Assembly: GCF_001194135.2 (NCBI RefSeq)
Contig: NC_069005.1
Location: 13,387,775-13,433,804 of the forward strand
Source of the DNA: Octopus bimaculoides
Lineage: Eukaryota
Direction of reading: 5' to 3'
Length of the DNA stretch: 46,030 bases
In this document: positions 1-10,931 of the stretch, piece by piece
Layout of the letters: each line of letters begins with the position of its first letter
How positions within the stretch are numbered: the first letter of the stretch is position 1
Notes under the pieces: model-generated
What the model was told of the DNA's origin: nothing
Seen by the model: the letters and a program-made list of their open reading frames with translations, nothing else
Database searches by the model: none
Program-made: the position numbers and the translations under genes

Positions 1-468
1 ATAAATCCGTTCTTTATCATTTTACATAAAATATATTTGTCGTAGTGTTTTATTTTTATGTTTAATTTTCATCTTTTATTTTTGTTACTTCTGTTTATCG
101 TTTTTGAAACTGTAATAAATTGTACTTCTTTCCAAGCATACGATGACGGAGTACCAAGGAGCCAAAAATAAACGTACGAATTTATCCTATAGCCACAGTA
201 AGTGTGTATGCACATGCGCGTGTATATTTGTGTATGAATGTATAATAGACGACTCGTTGATTTTGGCGCATGAGCGTGCAACTATTCAGGCAATCACCTG
301 TCTGCAGTGAGTCATCAAACTAGCGTTTGTATTCACAAGCAAAACAAATTCTCACAAATCATGATACAACTGGAGTAAACTGACAGCAAGTTACATAAGA
401 ATTGTCACCCTTCACTGTTTTCTGAAACAATATCTAGCCTTCAGCATTCAAAATATCTCATCACATTA

Positions 469-1356
469 CGAGACGGTACCCAAAAGAAACCGGAATTTCG
501 CAGTATTTTATTCACTTAGTTTTGTATGTTTACACTTTCATCGCCTCTCCATTTAAAGCAATGCATTGGTCCAGGCACGTTTTGGAAGCAGTCGTAGAAC
601 TACTCGCGAAATGATGCCTTTTATCACCTCAGTCGTTTTTTTTTTCCTTCACCACTTCCACATCTGCAAATTCCGTAGCATTAACTTTCGTCACCAATGA
701 TGACCTTCGAAAAATAGGTCCGGATCAACTTCCAACTGTTCTTTTGGTTCGTAGCACGCACTCAGTCGTCACTGCTTTTGATCTTCCGTGAGCAAGCGAG
801 GCACATATTTTACAGCAGCTCTTTTCATTCACTATTTCTCGCTCAAAATTCGTTCGTAAGAGCTCCAGAACACACCAGTCATATCAACAAGTCCGTCAAT
901 TGTTCGGTGACGGTCCTCCAAGATCAGTCCATGAATTTTCATGATGTTTTCATTCGTTCCGAAGGTCGACGGTCGTCCTGAACGAAATTGGTCTTCAAGC
1001 GACAAGTGACTATTCCTGAAGCGTGAAAACCACTCGTAAACTTGTGTTTTGTTCATGGCAGCGTCCTTGAAAGCTGCCTGAAGCATGACAGCTGTTTCGG
1101 CCGCTGTTGTCTCCAGCAGAAAACAGAATTTCACGGAAGCACGCTGTTCCTTCGTTTCAACCATCGCAAAAATTGATGAAGAGGGGAGAAGCACTGCAAA
1201 ACAAAGACGCACCACGTTGCAATACGACACCGCCACGGGCCGCCGGTCGGCAGACTGATGTCTAAGGCTTGCATCAAGTGGCTTCTAGCAGCGGGAGCCT
1301 GAACTACAATGGGCTTATCCCACAGAGGTTTCCGGTTACTTTTGGGTACCCCCTCA
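469..1356 (-). mobile_element. Mariner (Tc1/mariner) non-autonomous deletion derivative, family M1, both TIRs present
   Basis: TIRs CGAGACGGTACCCAAAAGAAACCGGAA (from 469) and TTCCGGTTACTTTTGGGTACCCCCTCA (to 1356), with TA at 467-468 and 1357-1358. Minus-strand translation EQRASVKFCFLL...VYEWFSRF...RSGRPS...KYVPRLL...KVIIGDES then jumps to a C-terminal remnant, so the DD34D core is missing. Confidence 0.92.
832..1236 (-). pseudogene. Mariner transposase N-terminal HTH DNA-binding region, 134-aa open frame ending in a premature stop
   Basis: ORF track 832..1236 contains the VYEWFSRFRNSHLSLEDQFRSGRPS motif typical of mariner transposases. Confidence 0.85.
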
Positions 1357-1435
1357 TAAAAGCCTTCTCCCTAATTCTTATGAGCCTGTATTATTTATTA
1401 CAAAAGACTGTTATGGATATATTTGAATTATTGTA

Positions 1436-2671
1436 TTGGAAAGAAAATCTTGTCGCATGTTGACATGGTCACCTTGAAGGTAATGTTTTAATACTTGCTG
1501 TAATATAAGCATTTATATTTACATTCTAATATTCTAGTCTTTCTTTGCAGATTACGTTATGCTACACTGGTTAAATTCACTTCAATTTTACAATTTTGAA
1601 ATGAGTTCAGATCAGGCTCAAAAAAGACACTGCATACCGTATGAATCAAAAAGGGGATCTTTAGAATTGGAAGCGGCAAGAAGTGTTCGATCTCTCTATG
1701 GAAGTGAAGCTTTATTTGTCCGAAGATACTGGCGATGTTTTGGCCAGTTCCGCTTGAGAAGCTTTCTCTCGTAGATTCCCTTCGAACTGGTCGACCAAGT
1801 TTTGTCAGTGCTCAGATTTTGAAAACCGCAGAGGAGGAAAATCTAAAGGAAACTGCACAAGGATTAGCAAAACAGTTCAATTTTAAAACACCTCCTCGAT
1901 CTTAAAACACGTTCATGGATTAGAAAAAGAGTCTAAATTTGGTCAGAAAGCTCCCTTTCATCTAGCTGCTTCTCAGCTTAATCAAAAACTTTCCCTCTGC
2001 TTGACATTGACGTGTAGACTTGCTAACGAAACTTTCTTGGGTGAATTCATCACAAGTGATGAAAATAAGCCTCTCTGTATGAGCCAATGTAATGACAATG
2101 GATAGCACCCAATAAAAGAGGAGAGAATAGCATCCAATAAAACTAGGATTACACCCGAAAAAACGTTATACTCTGTTTTTGGTGGGATATGAAGGGTGTC
2201 CTCTGTAATGAATTGTTACACCAAAACGAAGAAGCTAATGCAGAAGAAGTATTGCCGTCAATTGGAAGCATTGCCCAAAATTTTCCCGAAAAAGCGCCTG
2301 TCATTGATCAGTCTTAAAGAAGTTTTGCTCTTACACGATTATTCAAGTCCACATATTTCCCAATTCACTCAGAAAAATACGATACCACTAAGTGTGGTAG
2401 TTTTGCACTATCTTCCTTACTCTCCTTATTGTCATCTTTTCAGATCTAGTTTTGTAATTGTAAAGAGGTTAAAAACGATATTGAGTGTGTCTCTAATAGG
2501 ATACTTGAAGAATTTTACGTTTGAGGGATAAACAATTTGCCTAATAGTTGGGATTATATCATTAATAATGGGAGAAAATATTTTCTTGATTAAATATATC
2601 CGTTAAGATCCAAGAAATATTTGTTTTTTTTCCCTCATCTTAAAATGCGACAGGACTCTCTTTCCAACCAA
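1436..2671 (+). mobile_element. Decayed, near full-length Mariner, family M2
   Basis: Imperfect TIRs TTGGAAAGAAAATCTTGTCGCAT (from 1436) and ATGCGACAGGACTCTCTTTCCAA (2645-2667). Frameshifted motifs: RHCIPYE, ITSDE, LHPKK/WWDMKGV, LLLHDYSSPH, LPYSPYCHLFRS, GINNLPNSW...YFLD*. Confidence 0.85.
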
Positions 2672-3149
2672 AAAGATAAATTCGATTTCACATCATATTT
2701 GTACGTTAAAGCATGTCTCTTATCAGTCCGCACACATTTATAGAAATACTTATAATTACGTAAGATGCAAAACTTACTTTTGGGTAAGCGTTCGCTCACT
2801 CAAATGCTATGACTAAGCCAAGTAAATTGAAGCCCAACACGAAATGTGTCTAAACCATATCATTAGAAAATATTGACACTGAATGTTGTCCTTCCAGGTA
2901 AACCAATAGATGCTATGTAAAAAACATTTATGGAAAGTATCTAAACGTTCGATATAGGTCTTAAAAGGATTTTGAGTCTCCGATCTATAAAGTATGTTAA
3001 TACGAACTACATCAATCTTTTTTTCAGATTTTAACAGAAATGATGTTGCAAGTAACCAAACGAACCGATTACATTGGATTATCTATTTGCTATTTTAAAT
3101 TCATATTAAATCTTGGCTATCCTATTTAATGGGATTTGTTAGAGGAGAA

Positions 3150-4720
3150 TATGGGTAGGCTAGCTTTGTTTTACTCCTTTTCTTTGCCTTGGGCTTCTCT
3201 ACTCAGTTTTCTTTAGGCTTGAGATCAATGGCTTCACTAACATACGAGAAGCATTCAGTAATTTCTTCGTCAGATATGCCACAAGTGCTGCATCGACAAC
3301 AAACAGAACATCAAGAATATATATTTGCTCTATTTAGTATCTTCGGTTTGCATATTACGTAATTATAAATATTCTCCTCTAAAATAAAACTTAAATCTGA
3401 TTCGCTTTTCAAAAGTTTTAAAAAGTGCAATGTGTCATAACTGGAGGACATAATAGCAAACAGGAACCAAGACAGAGCACCAATGATATTGGGCAAGGTT
3501 CTATCTTGGTTCCTGTATTGTTTTGAAACTTTCATAAATCGCTGTAATTTGTTTCCTATCTGGTGAAGATTCAATCTCAGTTGCTCTTTGTGTCCATCGT
3601 GTTTCTTTAATACTTCCCAAAAACTTTTGTACAAATCCTTTTAGCTCAAGATAAGACTTCTTTTCAGCTTGACACTTTTCACCGATATCCAATTTTGTTT
3701 GTGTGTAATATTCATACTGTCCAGAGACGGATTTAAGTTCAAGGTTATACTAATCGAACCAATGTCGATGATTGCCTCGGGGCAATCCTATTACTTTAAA
3801 GGAAGTATAATATACAGTTCCTCTGAGGCACCTCTGCGATTCTTTAACATTTTCTATTGTATTTACGTTTGACAGATTCCCATCTAATTTGTGAGCTCGC
3901 GTTTTCTCTCCTCAACCTTGGATGACTTGACATTTACACATCTAGAAACTTTGATATTTTAATGTCGTTGTTTACTTGAAACGCTGGAGAATACAGACGG
4001 CTGTGAATGAACAAATGAAAATAACATCGTTTATCTCTTTCACAGTGATTGTGTGATTAAAGGTGAGCCCTTGAACCGAGGATGTACCAAGTTGCTTATA
4101 ATTATGTGATTGCTGGAACAATATGTTGTAACAGAGAGGTCAGATTCATGACAAAAAAAAATAGTCATCAGATTCAAACTCACTGCTAATTATTATCTCT
4201 ACACTGTGCTTGTTCATTTCGTCACAACCAACTTTCCGAAAAGGATCCTTCCTGACATTAAAGTCCACAAACAGTAATGCGTTGCTAGGACGAGTTAATC
4301 TTAAGATGACGGAAGATTATCGAACGCTAAAATCGTATTTTTGACATATCCATAAGTAAGGCAGCTTATTAAATACTTCGGGTGCCTTCTGAGTAACTAA
4401 ATATGTCGTGTATTTCTCGAATACGGCAACTTATTAAATACGTCGACTACCTCTCCATCAGACTTACTATCAGAGTCATAACGCGATCAATTTGATCTTG
4501 CGGTAGTTATGATAGTTGTTACTTGCAATGGTGGTTTATACTGCAAACCCGACACTAAATTATCCAGCTTCTTTTTTTGTTTGTTTGTTTCTTTTCTACC
4601 AGACAAAGTCATCCTTCCATTTTGTGCAAAATACCAGTCGTTTTTTTTGTTTTGTTTTTTTAATCAGCATTTCTGTACTATATGCAATCGAGACAGGCGA
4701 TGAATTATAGGGTTGTGTTA
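3150..4720 (-). mobile_element. Old RTE-clade LINE relic (APE endonuclease plus linker)
   Basis: Manual minus-strand translation gives DRVMTL, LLFVDFNVR (cf. LGDFNAR), HPRFKG (cf. WMHPRSK), NHRHWFD (cf. KHQDWFD), RKQITAIYESFKTIQEP and KPKILNR. Many stops and frameshifts; boundaries approximate. Confidence 0.7.
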
Positions 4721-5474
4721 CCATGTGAAATCATACATGGCAGACGGTGAACCACAAGACTGCGGGACCATATGGTATCATGACAAGGTTGTGGTACCAT
4801 TTGTAATCATGAAAGGAGAGGAACCACATAATTCTGGTACCATATGCAATTATGCATGATAGATGAAGCACAAGTTTAACTTCCTGTTTATTGATGCACT
4901 CCAAGAAAACAGGTTTTAATAAGACCAGTAGTAACAATTGTTACAAAAGCTATGAGATGAGAGCTGTCATCTGAAAGCAATTACTGTCTTGAAGAGTTTG
5001 CCCATTTCAATAGAATTCAATATCAAATTCGTTTTATTTTTATTTTTCCCTTTTTATTTTTATTTCCTTGACAGCATTCATAACATCCTTTTTTTAATGA
5101 CTCCGCTACTAAAACTGGTTAACCAGTTAGATACAGTAATCTAACACGCCGTTTAACTTTTAGGCTCCTTTAATCGCTCCTTCCTTGTTCGATAAAAGTA
5201 ATTCTACGCCTGAAAATACCATGTTTTCTTGCAAACATGGATACATATTGAATAAATACTCATTGACTTTCTATAACATCACCTGAATGTCACCACTCTG
5301 CAGAGTTCCAACTAAGAGCTTCCACAAGTATGTACCACCTCACAACGTTACTGTTTTCCTGTGGCCAGTGCACCCGTTTGTATATTATAAACGTATAAAA
5401 TATACAACTGTCTTTAAAATGTATAAATATTTCTTCCTATATATCAAACTGATTTAAAATCTGCTAATATTGAT

Positions 5475-5670
5475 TTTAAAATATGGCAGAAGACCAGCAA
5501 TTTCGGAGGAGAAGTTAAATCTATTACATCGACCGCAGCAGTCAACTGGTACTTGTTTTATCGACTCCGAAAGGACAAAAGAAAAAGTCGACAGAATTTG
5601 AACTCAGAACGTGCAGACGGAAATGCCGTTAAGCATTACGTCCGGCGTCCGAACGATTCTGCCAGCTCGC
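5475..5670 (-). mobile_element. tRNA-derived SINE, family A, diverged copy
   Basis: Reverse complement of the GCGAGCTGGCAGAATCGTT head, GAGTTCAAATT B-box and CCTTTCGGAGTCGATAAAACAAGTACCAG core. Confidence 0.85.
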
Positions 5671-5825
5671 AGACTTAAGATTCGCGAATGTTAAGTTGTC
5701 ATATAAATTCGTTCAGTAGAACCTCCAACAGAATGCTAAGCGGTTCAAATAACAGTCAGATCATCTTTGCTTTCCTTATTTCTAGCACAGAAACAAAACC
5801 TAAGTACAATAGTAGGATCCGTTCT

Positions 5826-5876
<51 letters not shown>

Positions 5877-5929
5877 CTCGCTTCCCGGCTCTCTTAATAT
5901 AATACAATGCTATAGTTTTATTTATTATA

Positions 5930-6390
5930 TTTACAATCTTCTCTTAGTTTTAACTCAATAAAATAATTTGTTTACATAAGGAGAAATAATTATATAAGAA
6001 GAATTCATTGGATTCTCTCCCTTCCTCCTTCTCTCGATTAAGTTTCCAACCTTTTTTTGAACTTTTGATTTCTGGATTTTACTGTGGTCCATTATGCCTT
6101 CCCCTAAATTAATATTTTAATTTAAACTTTTAGTATAGTGTTCACAGCCTCTCTCCCTTAATAACTCTATGTAAACCAGCGTTCTTGTTTCTAACGGTCA
6201 CTTACTTAGCTATATAATGTTATAACTCGTACGCAACCTTAGCATTTAGCATATGTCTTGTTTTTGTATATCGGTTCCCTGACGATGAATATATGTGCAA
6301 TTCCAGCACCTCTTACTTCTTTGGAGTAGAGTGCACATATATATTGAAACATATGTAGGAATTAAAGGAACTTATTGCTTATATGTGTTT
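5930..6390 (+). mobile_element. Penelope-like element (PLE) 3' relic: endonuclease C-terminus and terminal repeat carrying a hammerhead
   Basis: The frame from 5930 reads FTIFS*F*LNKIICLHKEK*LYKK, which resembles PLE GIY-YIG C-termini as I recall them (FxIFPF...KE..FIKK). A T/C-rich tract and a minimal hammerhead follow. Confidence 0.5.
6274..6362 (+). ncRNA. Minimal type I hammerhead ribozyme (PLE type)
   Basis: Stem I GTTCC/GGAAT; core CTGACGA 6279-6285; 11-bp stem II ATATATGTGCA/TGCACATATAT (6289-6299/6332-6342); GAAAC 6346-6350; palindromic stem III AC-ATAT-GT; GUA triplet 6355-6357. Confidence 0.8.
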
Positions 6391-6452
6391 TGCTCCATTC
6401 TTGCTCCATTTTGCTCCATTCTTCATATATATATATTCTTCATATATATATT

Positions 6453-6691
6453 TCAGCCCCTAACACCCTAACGAATTCGGATCACTGTTCTCTGTTCTAC
6501 CTTGGTGCACACTGCCAGCGGAGCGGCCATGTTTAATCTGTAACGCAAGGAACAAAACTGGAACGAGGAAGGCCAAACGTCGGTAATGTGACCACAACGG
6601 TACCATCTTTTAGTATGCGAGCGCTAAAAGCAGTGCAGTCAACATAAATAAAGTTTTGGCAAAAGTGCGGAAGATTTTTGACTTTCCCTTG
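6453..6691 (-). mobile_element. 5' fragment of a third Mariner family (M3): one TIR plus transposase start
   Basis: TA at 6692-6693 followed on the minus strand by CAAGGGAAAGTCAAAAATCTTCCGCAC. ATG at 6530 gives MAAPLAVCTKVEQRTVIR, a mariner N-terminus. Truncated at a (TA)n tract. Confidence 0.75.
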
Positions 6692-6789
6692 TATATCCTG
6701 GGGGAATTTTTCATTATACTTATCACTTACGTTGCCTAAATTTCAGAAAATTCAAGACGGTAGATGAAACAATGAGCTTTTATCCATAT

Positions 6790-7000
6790 GGTACCCACGG
6801 ACGATAAAAATTCTTATGCAATGTTTCAACTACATCTCATACGTTTTCTTATGGTGCCACATAAACGATAAAAATTCGTATGCAATTTTTCAACTACGTC
6901 GTTGTAATTTTCATATTTTTTCTTAGGGTATCACTTGAACGATAAAAATTCTTATGTAATTTTTCAACTACTTCGTTGTAATTATCATATTTCTTTCATT
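6790..7000. repeat. Degenerate minisatellite, three copies of a 64-74 bp unit
   Basis: ACGATAAAAATTC(T/G)TATG(C/T)AAT..TTCAACTAC at 6801, 6865 and 6939. Confidence 0.8.
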
Positions 7001-7245
7001 GCCCAGAAAAATTTTCGCACCATACATAAAAGCATTCTATGCTCTCCACGGCATATTATTCATAAATGAAATATGGATCTTTTCATTAGCTTTATGATTT
7101 GTTACTTGTCAAAACAGCAGTGTTTATTTTGTTCATAATATTAGGAATGTTTGTGCGACGTATGAATTCTAAATAGTCTCTACGCATTGCCAAAGTACTA
7201 TCTACTATATAAATATAACTACACACGCACACATATATATATATA

Positions 7246-9302
7246 CTAGCAGAAGCGTCCGGCGTTGCTCGGGTTAAACATAATAATGAGATTTCATTCA
7301 AAAATTTGATATATGAGTTTATTTTTAATAATTATAGTGATTAGTGATTCTAACATTACTGACATAGCAAATTTTGTGAGATCAACAGCAATAACATTCT
7401 TGAAATAGAAAACACATAAATACAAGTTATGATAAAACGTCTTTATATACAACATTATGAGTTTTTCCCAGTGGAGCATAAATGAAATGATGTTTTGAAC
7501 TTCCAGACCTGGAAGCAATTCATTTTGAATCTCTTTCCACCTTGGATTAAATGTGAAAGTTATGAATAGGTTTGATTTACTAAAGTTCCTAGCATATGTT
7601 ATGTGTTCTTTCATGCATATATCTGGGGCTACCAGTAAAGCTAGATGGAAGGATGCACATCTTCCCAATGTCTTCAGCAGCAACTTCGTTATTGATGCCA
7701 TCGCCTAAATGAATGTATAACTCAGATCTTAATTCTTTCTGGTGTGATCTTATGAATGCTAATCTTTCCGCCTCAACTTTGCATACAAATTGATGGAACA
7801 AATTTCGCATTCGGCGGAGTGAATTGAAATTATCTTGATGAACCGTAAAATGATAGGAGTAAAAATCCATACATGAGACTGTCTTTCTCATATTATCATT
7901 TCCATCATTTTGAGGGCTTTTAAAATAGTATCTATCTTCCCCATTCACATAAATTAAAGGTTATTGGAGAACATCATAACATCGACGTGTTTCATTTATT
8001 CTCTGTAATTGATTATTTATCCCATGAAGGATTATATTATTCTTACCATGCTTTTCTCCTGATATTACAATAGCAATTTCATTACATTCAGGTGCATTAT
8101 AGCGGCGTGAATGCTCTCCCGATGGTCCCTTGTCAGCATTTATCACTAATTTGAGTTCTTCTATTAGGCGCATTTTCTATGGCATATATCAAACTTCTAA
8201 TATAGCTGTTTCTTGTATGTAACGTATCTTGTAGTTATAACATGATTGCATACTTTGTTTCTTTATTCCTTTCATATCTTGTCTGTGCTTGGGATTTTAT
8301 ATCACCGATGAAATACATTTGCAAATATTTTGGTTCTTCTCCTGAAAGTAGCTGAAGTGACCCAATTCTATGGTACGCTTCCCTTCGGATCTTGAAAGTG
8401 GGCATAAAGCCACCTTCATGGATGACATTTGCACCAAATGATGTCATTTGGAATGCTTTATTGTACTTCTGTATATTTTGAAGAAAATATCTTGATTCGG
8501 TAGTTGTACCAATCAGCAGACCCTTCAAGGGTTCTGTTGGTTCAGGTAATAGTTTCAACTTGATCTTTCCATTCGAAACAGTACAATCCAGGTAACTCAC
8601 CTTTCCAGTTTTTAGCACCACAGATTTCACAAATCTTGTTCATTGAGGAAATTTGAACAAAAGGTTCTGAGGAATAGGCTTGATGTGGATTGTAACTAAA
8701 AGCAGTTCCACTTGGCAACCTTTTTAAACCGTAAATCTTCTGTTCTTGCTCTCTGTTCACGTAGCCTTTGAGTTGTTTGAGCTTCAGTTTCTTCATAACG
8801 ATTTTGAGCTGCTCTATTTCTCTCCATTTGCTGTCTTGACGATTTTCGTACAGCTGATTCCTTTTGACGATTAGTTGCTTACATTGTCCTTTTATAAGCA
8901 AGTGTGTTAATCTTTGTCCTTCTGGTTCATTTTGCCTATATTCCGCTGTTCTTTTAGTTTGCTTTAGGAGTCTTTCTTGTTGCTGATCTTCACTTCCATT
9001 CTCCTTTTTTAGCTACATTGCCTTAGCTTTATGAGACTTTCTCCAAACGAAGGTTGGTGGCATTGTTTGCTTGCAATTTCCAATGTCACTATTTGCAAAT
9101 TTAAAACTTTTCTGTAGAAAACTTCACTTCACAAAACTAAAATAATATTACTTCGAATCGTAACACATGCAGTTAGATATATAGAGAGAGTGATATCCTT
9201 TGGCAGCTACCCATGGTGGTGTGAAAATATAGGTAGGACATTAATGTTTGTTATGTTAGCGTTTGTTTTCGAAAAAATAACGCTAACGTATATTTTCATA
9301 AT

Positions 9303-9365
<63 letters not shown>

Positions 9366-9642
9366 CAATGTATGTATATATAACACCCGCTTACACACTA
9401 ACAACAGCACGTCATACATACATACTGCATTAACTTCCATTTATTTTTCAGAAACAACAAAAACTAAAGGTAGAGTCAAATTTTCGTTGAATGAAGAATA
9501 TTTCCTGTTTTTAAAAGAATATAAATCCAAATTATAGCTGAGTCTAAGGATCTTTCGTGCCAAGTTTGAACATAATTGGTTAATTGAATTTTTAGTGCAT
9601 TGGTAGCAAACAGACCAACAAACGGGCAATAATATATATAAT

Positions 9643-9647
<5 letters not shown>
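7246..9647 (-). mobile_element. Helitron, internally deleted, both termini retained
   Basis: 5' A^TC at 9647 at the edge of a (GATA)n tract. 3' hairpin AACCCGAGCAACGCCGGA plus CTAG^T ending at 7246. RepHel fragments: CEICGAKNWKGE Zn finger, YNKAFQMTSFG..GFMPTFK, RRYNAPECNEIA, LPSSFTGSPRYM, LFITFT (Rep motif 1), fused to the helicase C-terminal end FIYAPLGKTHNVVYKDVLS* (7427-7504). Confidence 0.92.
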
Positions 9648-9687
<40 letters not shown>

Positions 9688-9823
9688 ACCTGACTGGTTC
9701 AGTAATAGCATTCAGTATGGAGTGATGCTATTACCATAGTCGTAAAGAGAATTAACTTATCCTCTGGAACATTCCAATGTGAGGGGCGTTTTTTGTGCTG
9801 CTATTCGTTGAGACAGTAAGACA

Positions 9824-10163
9824 CGACTTTCATCCTTTCAGGGTCGATTAAATAAGTACTAGTTATGCACTTGGGTCGATGGAATCGACTTAATCTCTTT
9901 GTATGTCCTTATTTGTTCCCTCTACCTTCAGCCCCCTATGGGCCATAAAGAAATAAATATTCACAAGAAGACACGTCGGGTGAAATGCTTAGCAGTATTT
10001 CGTCTGACTTTACGTTCTGAGTTTAAATTCCACCGAGGTCGACTTTGCCTTTTATCCTTTCGAAGTCGATAAATTAAGTACCAGCTGCGTACTGGGTCGA
10101 TCTAATCAACTGGCCCCTTCCCCCAAAAGTTCAGGCCTTGTGCCTAGAGTAGAAAAAATTATT
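9824..10163 (+). mobile_element. Two 5'-truncated family A SINE copies in tandem (tail type 1, then tail type 2)
   Basis: Both carry the CATCCTTTC...GTCGAT...AAGTAC core. First tail ...TTTGT.CCCTCT...AAAGAAATA; second tail ...GGCCTTGTGCCTAGAGTAGAAA. Confidence 0.85.
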
Positions 10164-10204
10164 CACAGGAAGAATTAGTTAAACTGATAATATTCTCGCG
10201 GACC

Positions 10205-10500
10205 ATGAGTCTGGAGTTTGAGCAGAAAGATTATTCACAATTGTCAGATAATTGTGGAAGGCTTGTAGGCCGGACGAGGTGCATAGATACCAGTGAGGAT
10301 TGCTGCAAGTATCTCCAAATTGGTCAGAACATTGCATCTGTGGATACTATGAGTAACGCTAGAGTGCCCAAGGAATACTTCGGAGAGCATGGAGACTTCA
10401 CAGACCACATCGCATTGGGCTTTTAAAATGCCAGTGCTAGTACCAACATTTGGGATACTAAACTAGTCGCTTAAAGGCAATCACAGTTGGACATCAAGAG
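10205..10500 (+). mobile_element. RTE-type LINE 3'-region fragment
   Basis: The ORF includes MSNARVPKEYFGEH (cf. RMxDxRIPKQIFYGEL of RTE C-termini). The match is weak elsewhere. Confidence 0.45.
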
Positions 10501-10931
10501 TAGGAAGATGTTAAGCACAGTTGATAATTTTTACATCAACACCAACACTAACAGAATCTATATAAAACGGAGTGAGGGATGTATAGACAATCAATCTATA
10601 TAGTATCTAGCAGACACTAAAGGAATACATTATGCAGAGAGTGCGCTAAACAGTGAAGTGTAGAAACGTAATCTTATTACCAGTTCAAATATGTGTGTGG
10701 CACGTTTGGACTCGTAAATAAGCCGTTCACTGTGTTTTGTCATGGAGAAAATTTCTCGCTGCAAACAGAATGGTGTTAATACACCAACATCAGTTCGCAG
10801 AGCCACCTGTCCAGACTATGAGATGCAAGAATTTCGGTGTAGTATCTCTTTTTCGGTCACAGACACTAAGCAGCGTGGCGTTGCGAACTGATAAAAGAGA
10901 TTGCTTCTCTGATAATATTTCAGTCACCGTT

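Noticed and set aside
7201-7245. Second Helitron 5' end on the + strand (A^TCTACTATATAAA)
   Set aside because: The match is short and AT-rich, and I found no corresponding body or 3' hairpin-CTAG.
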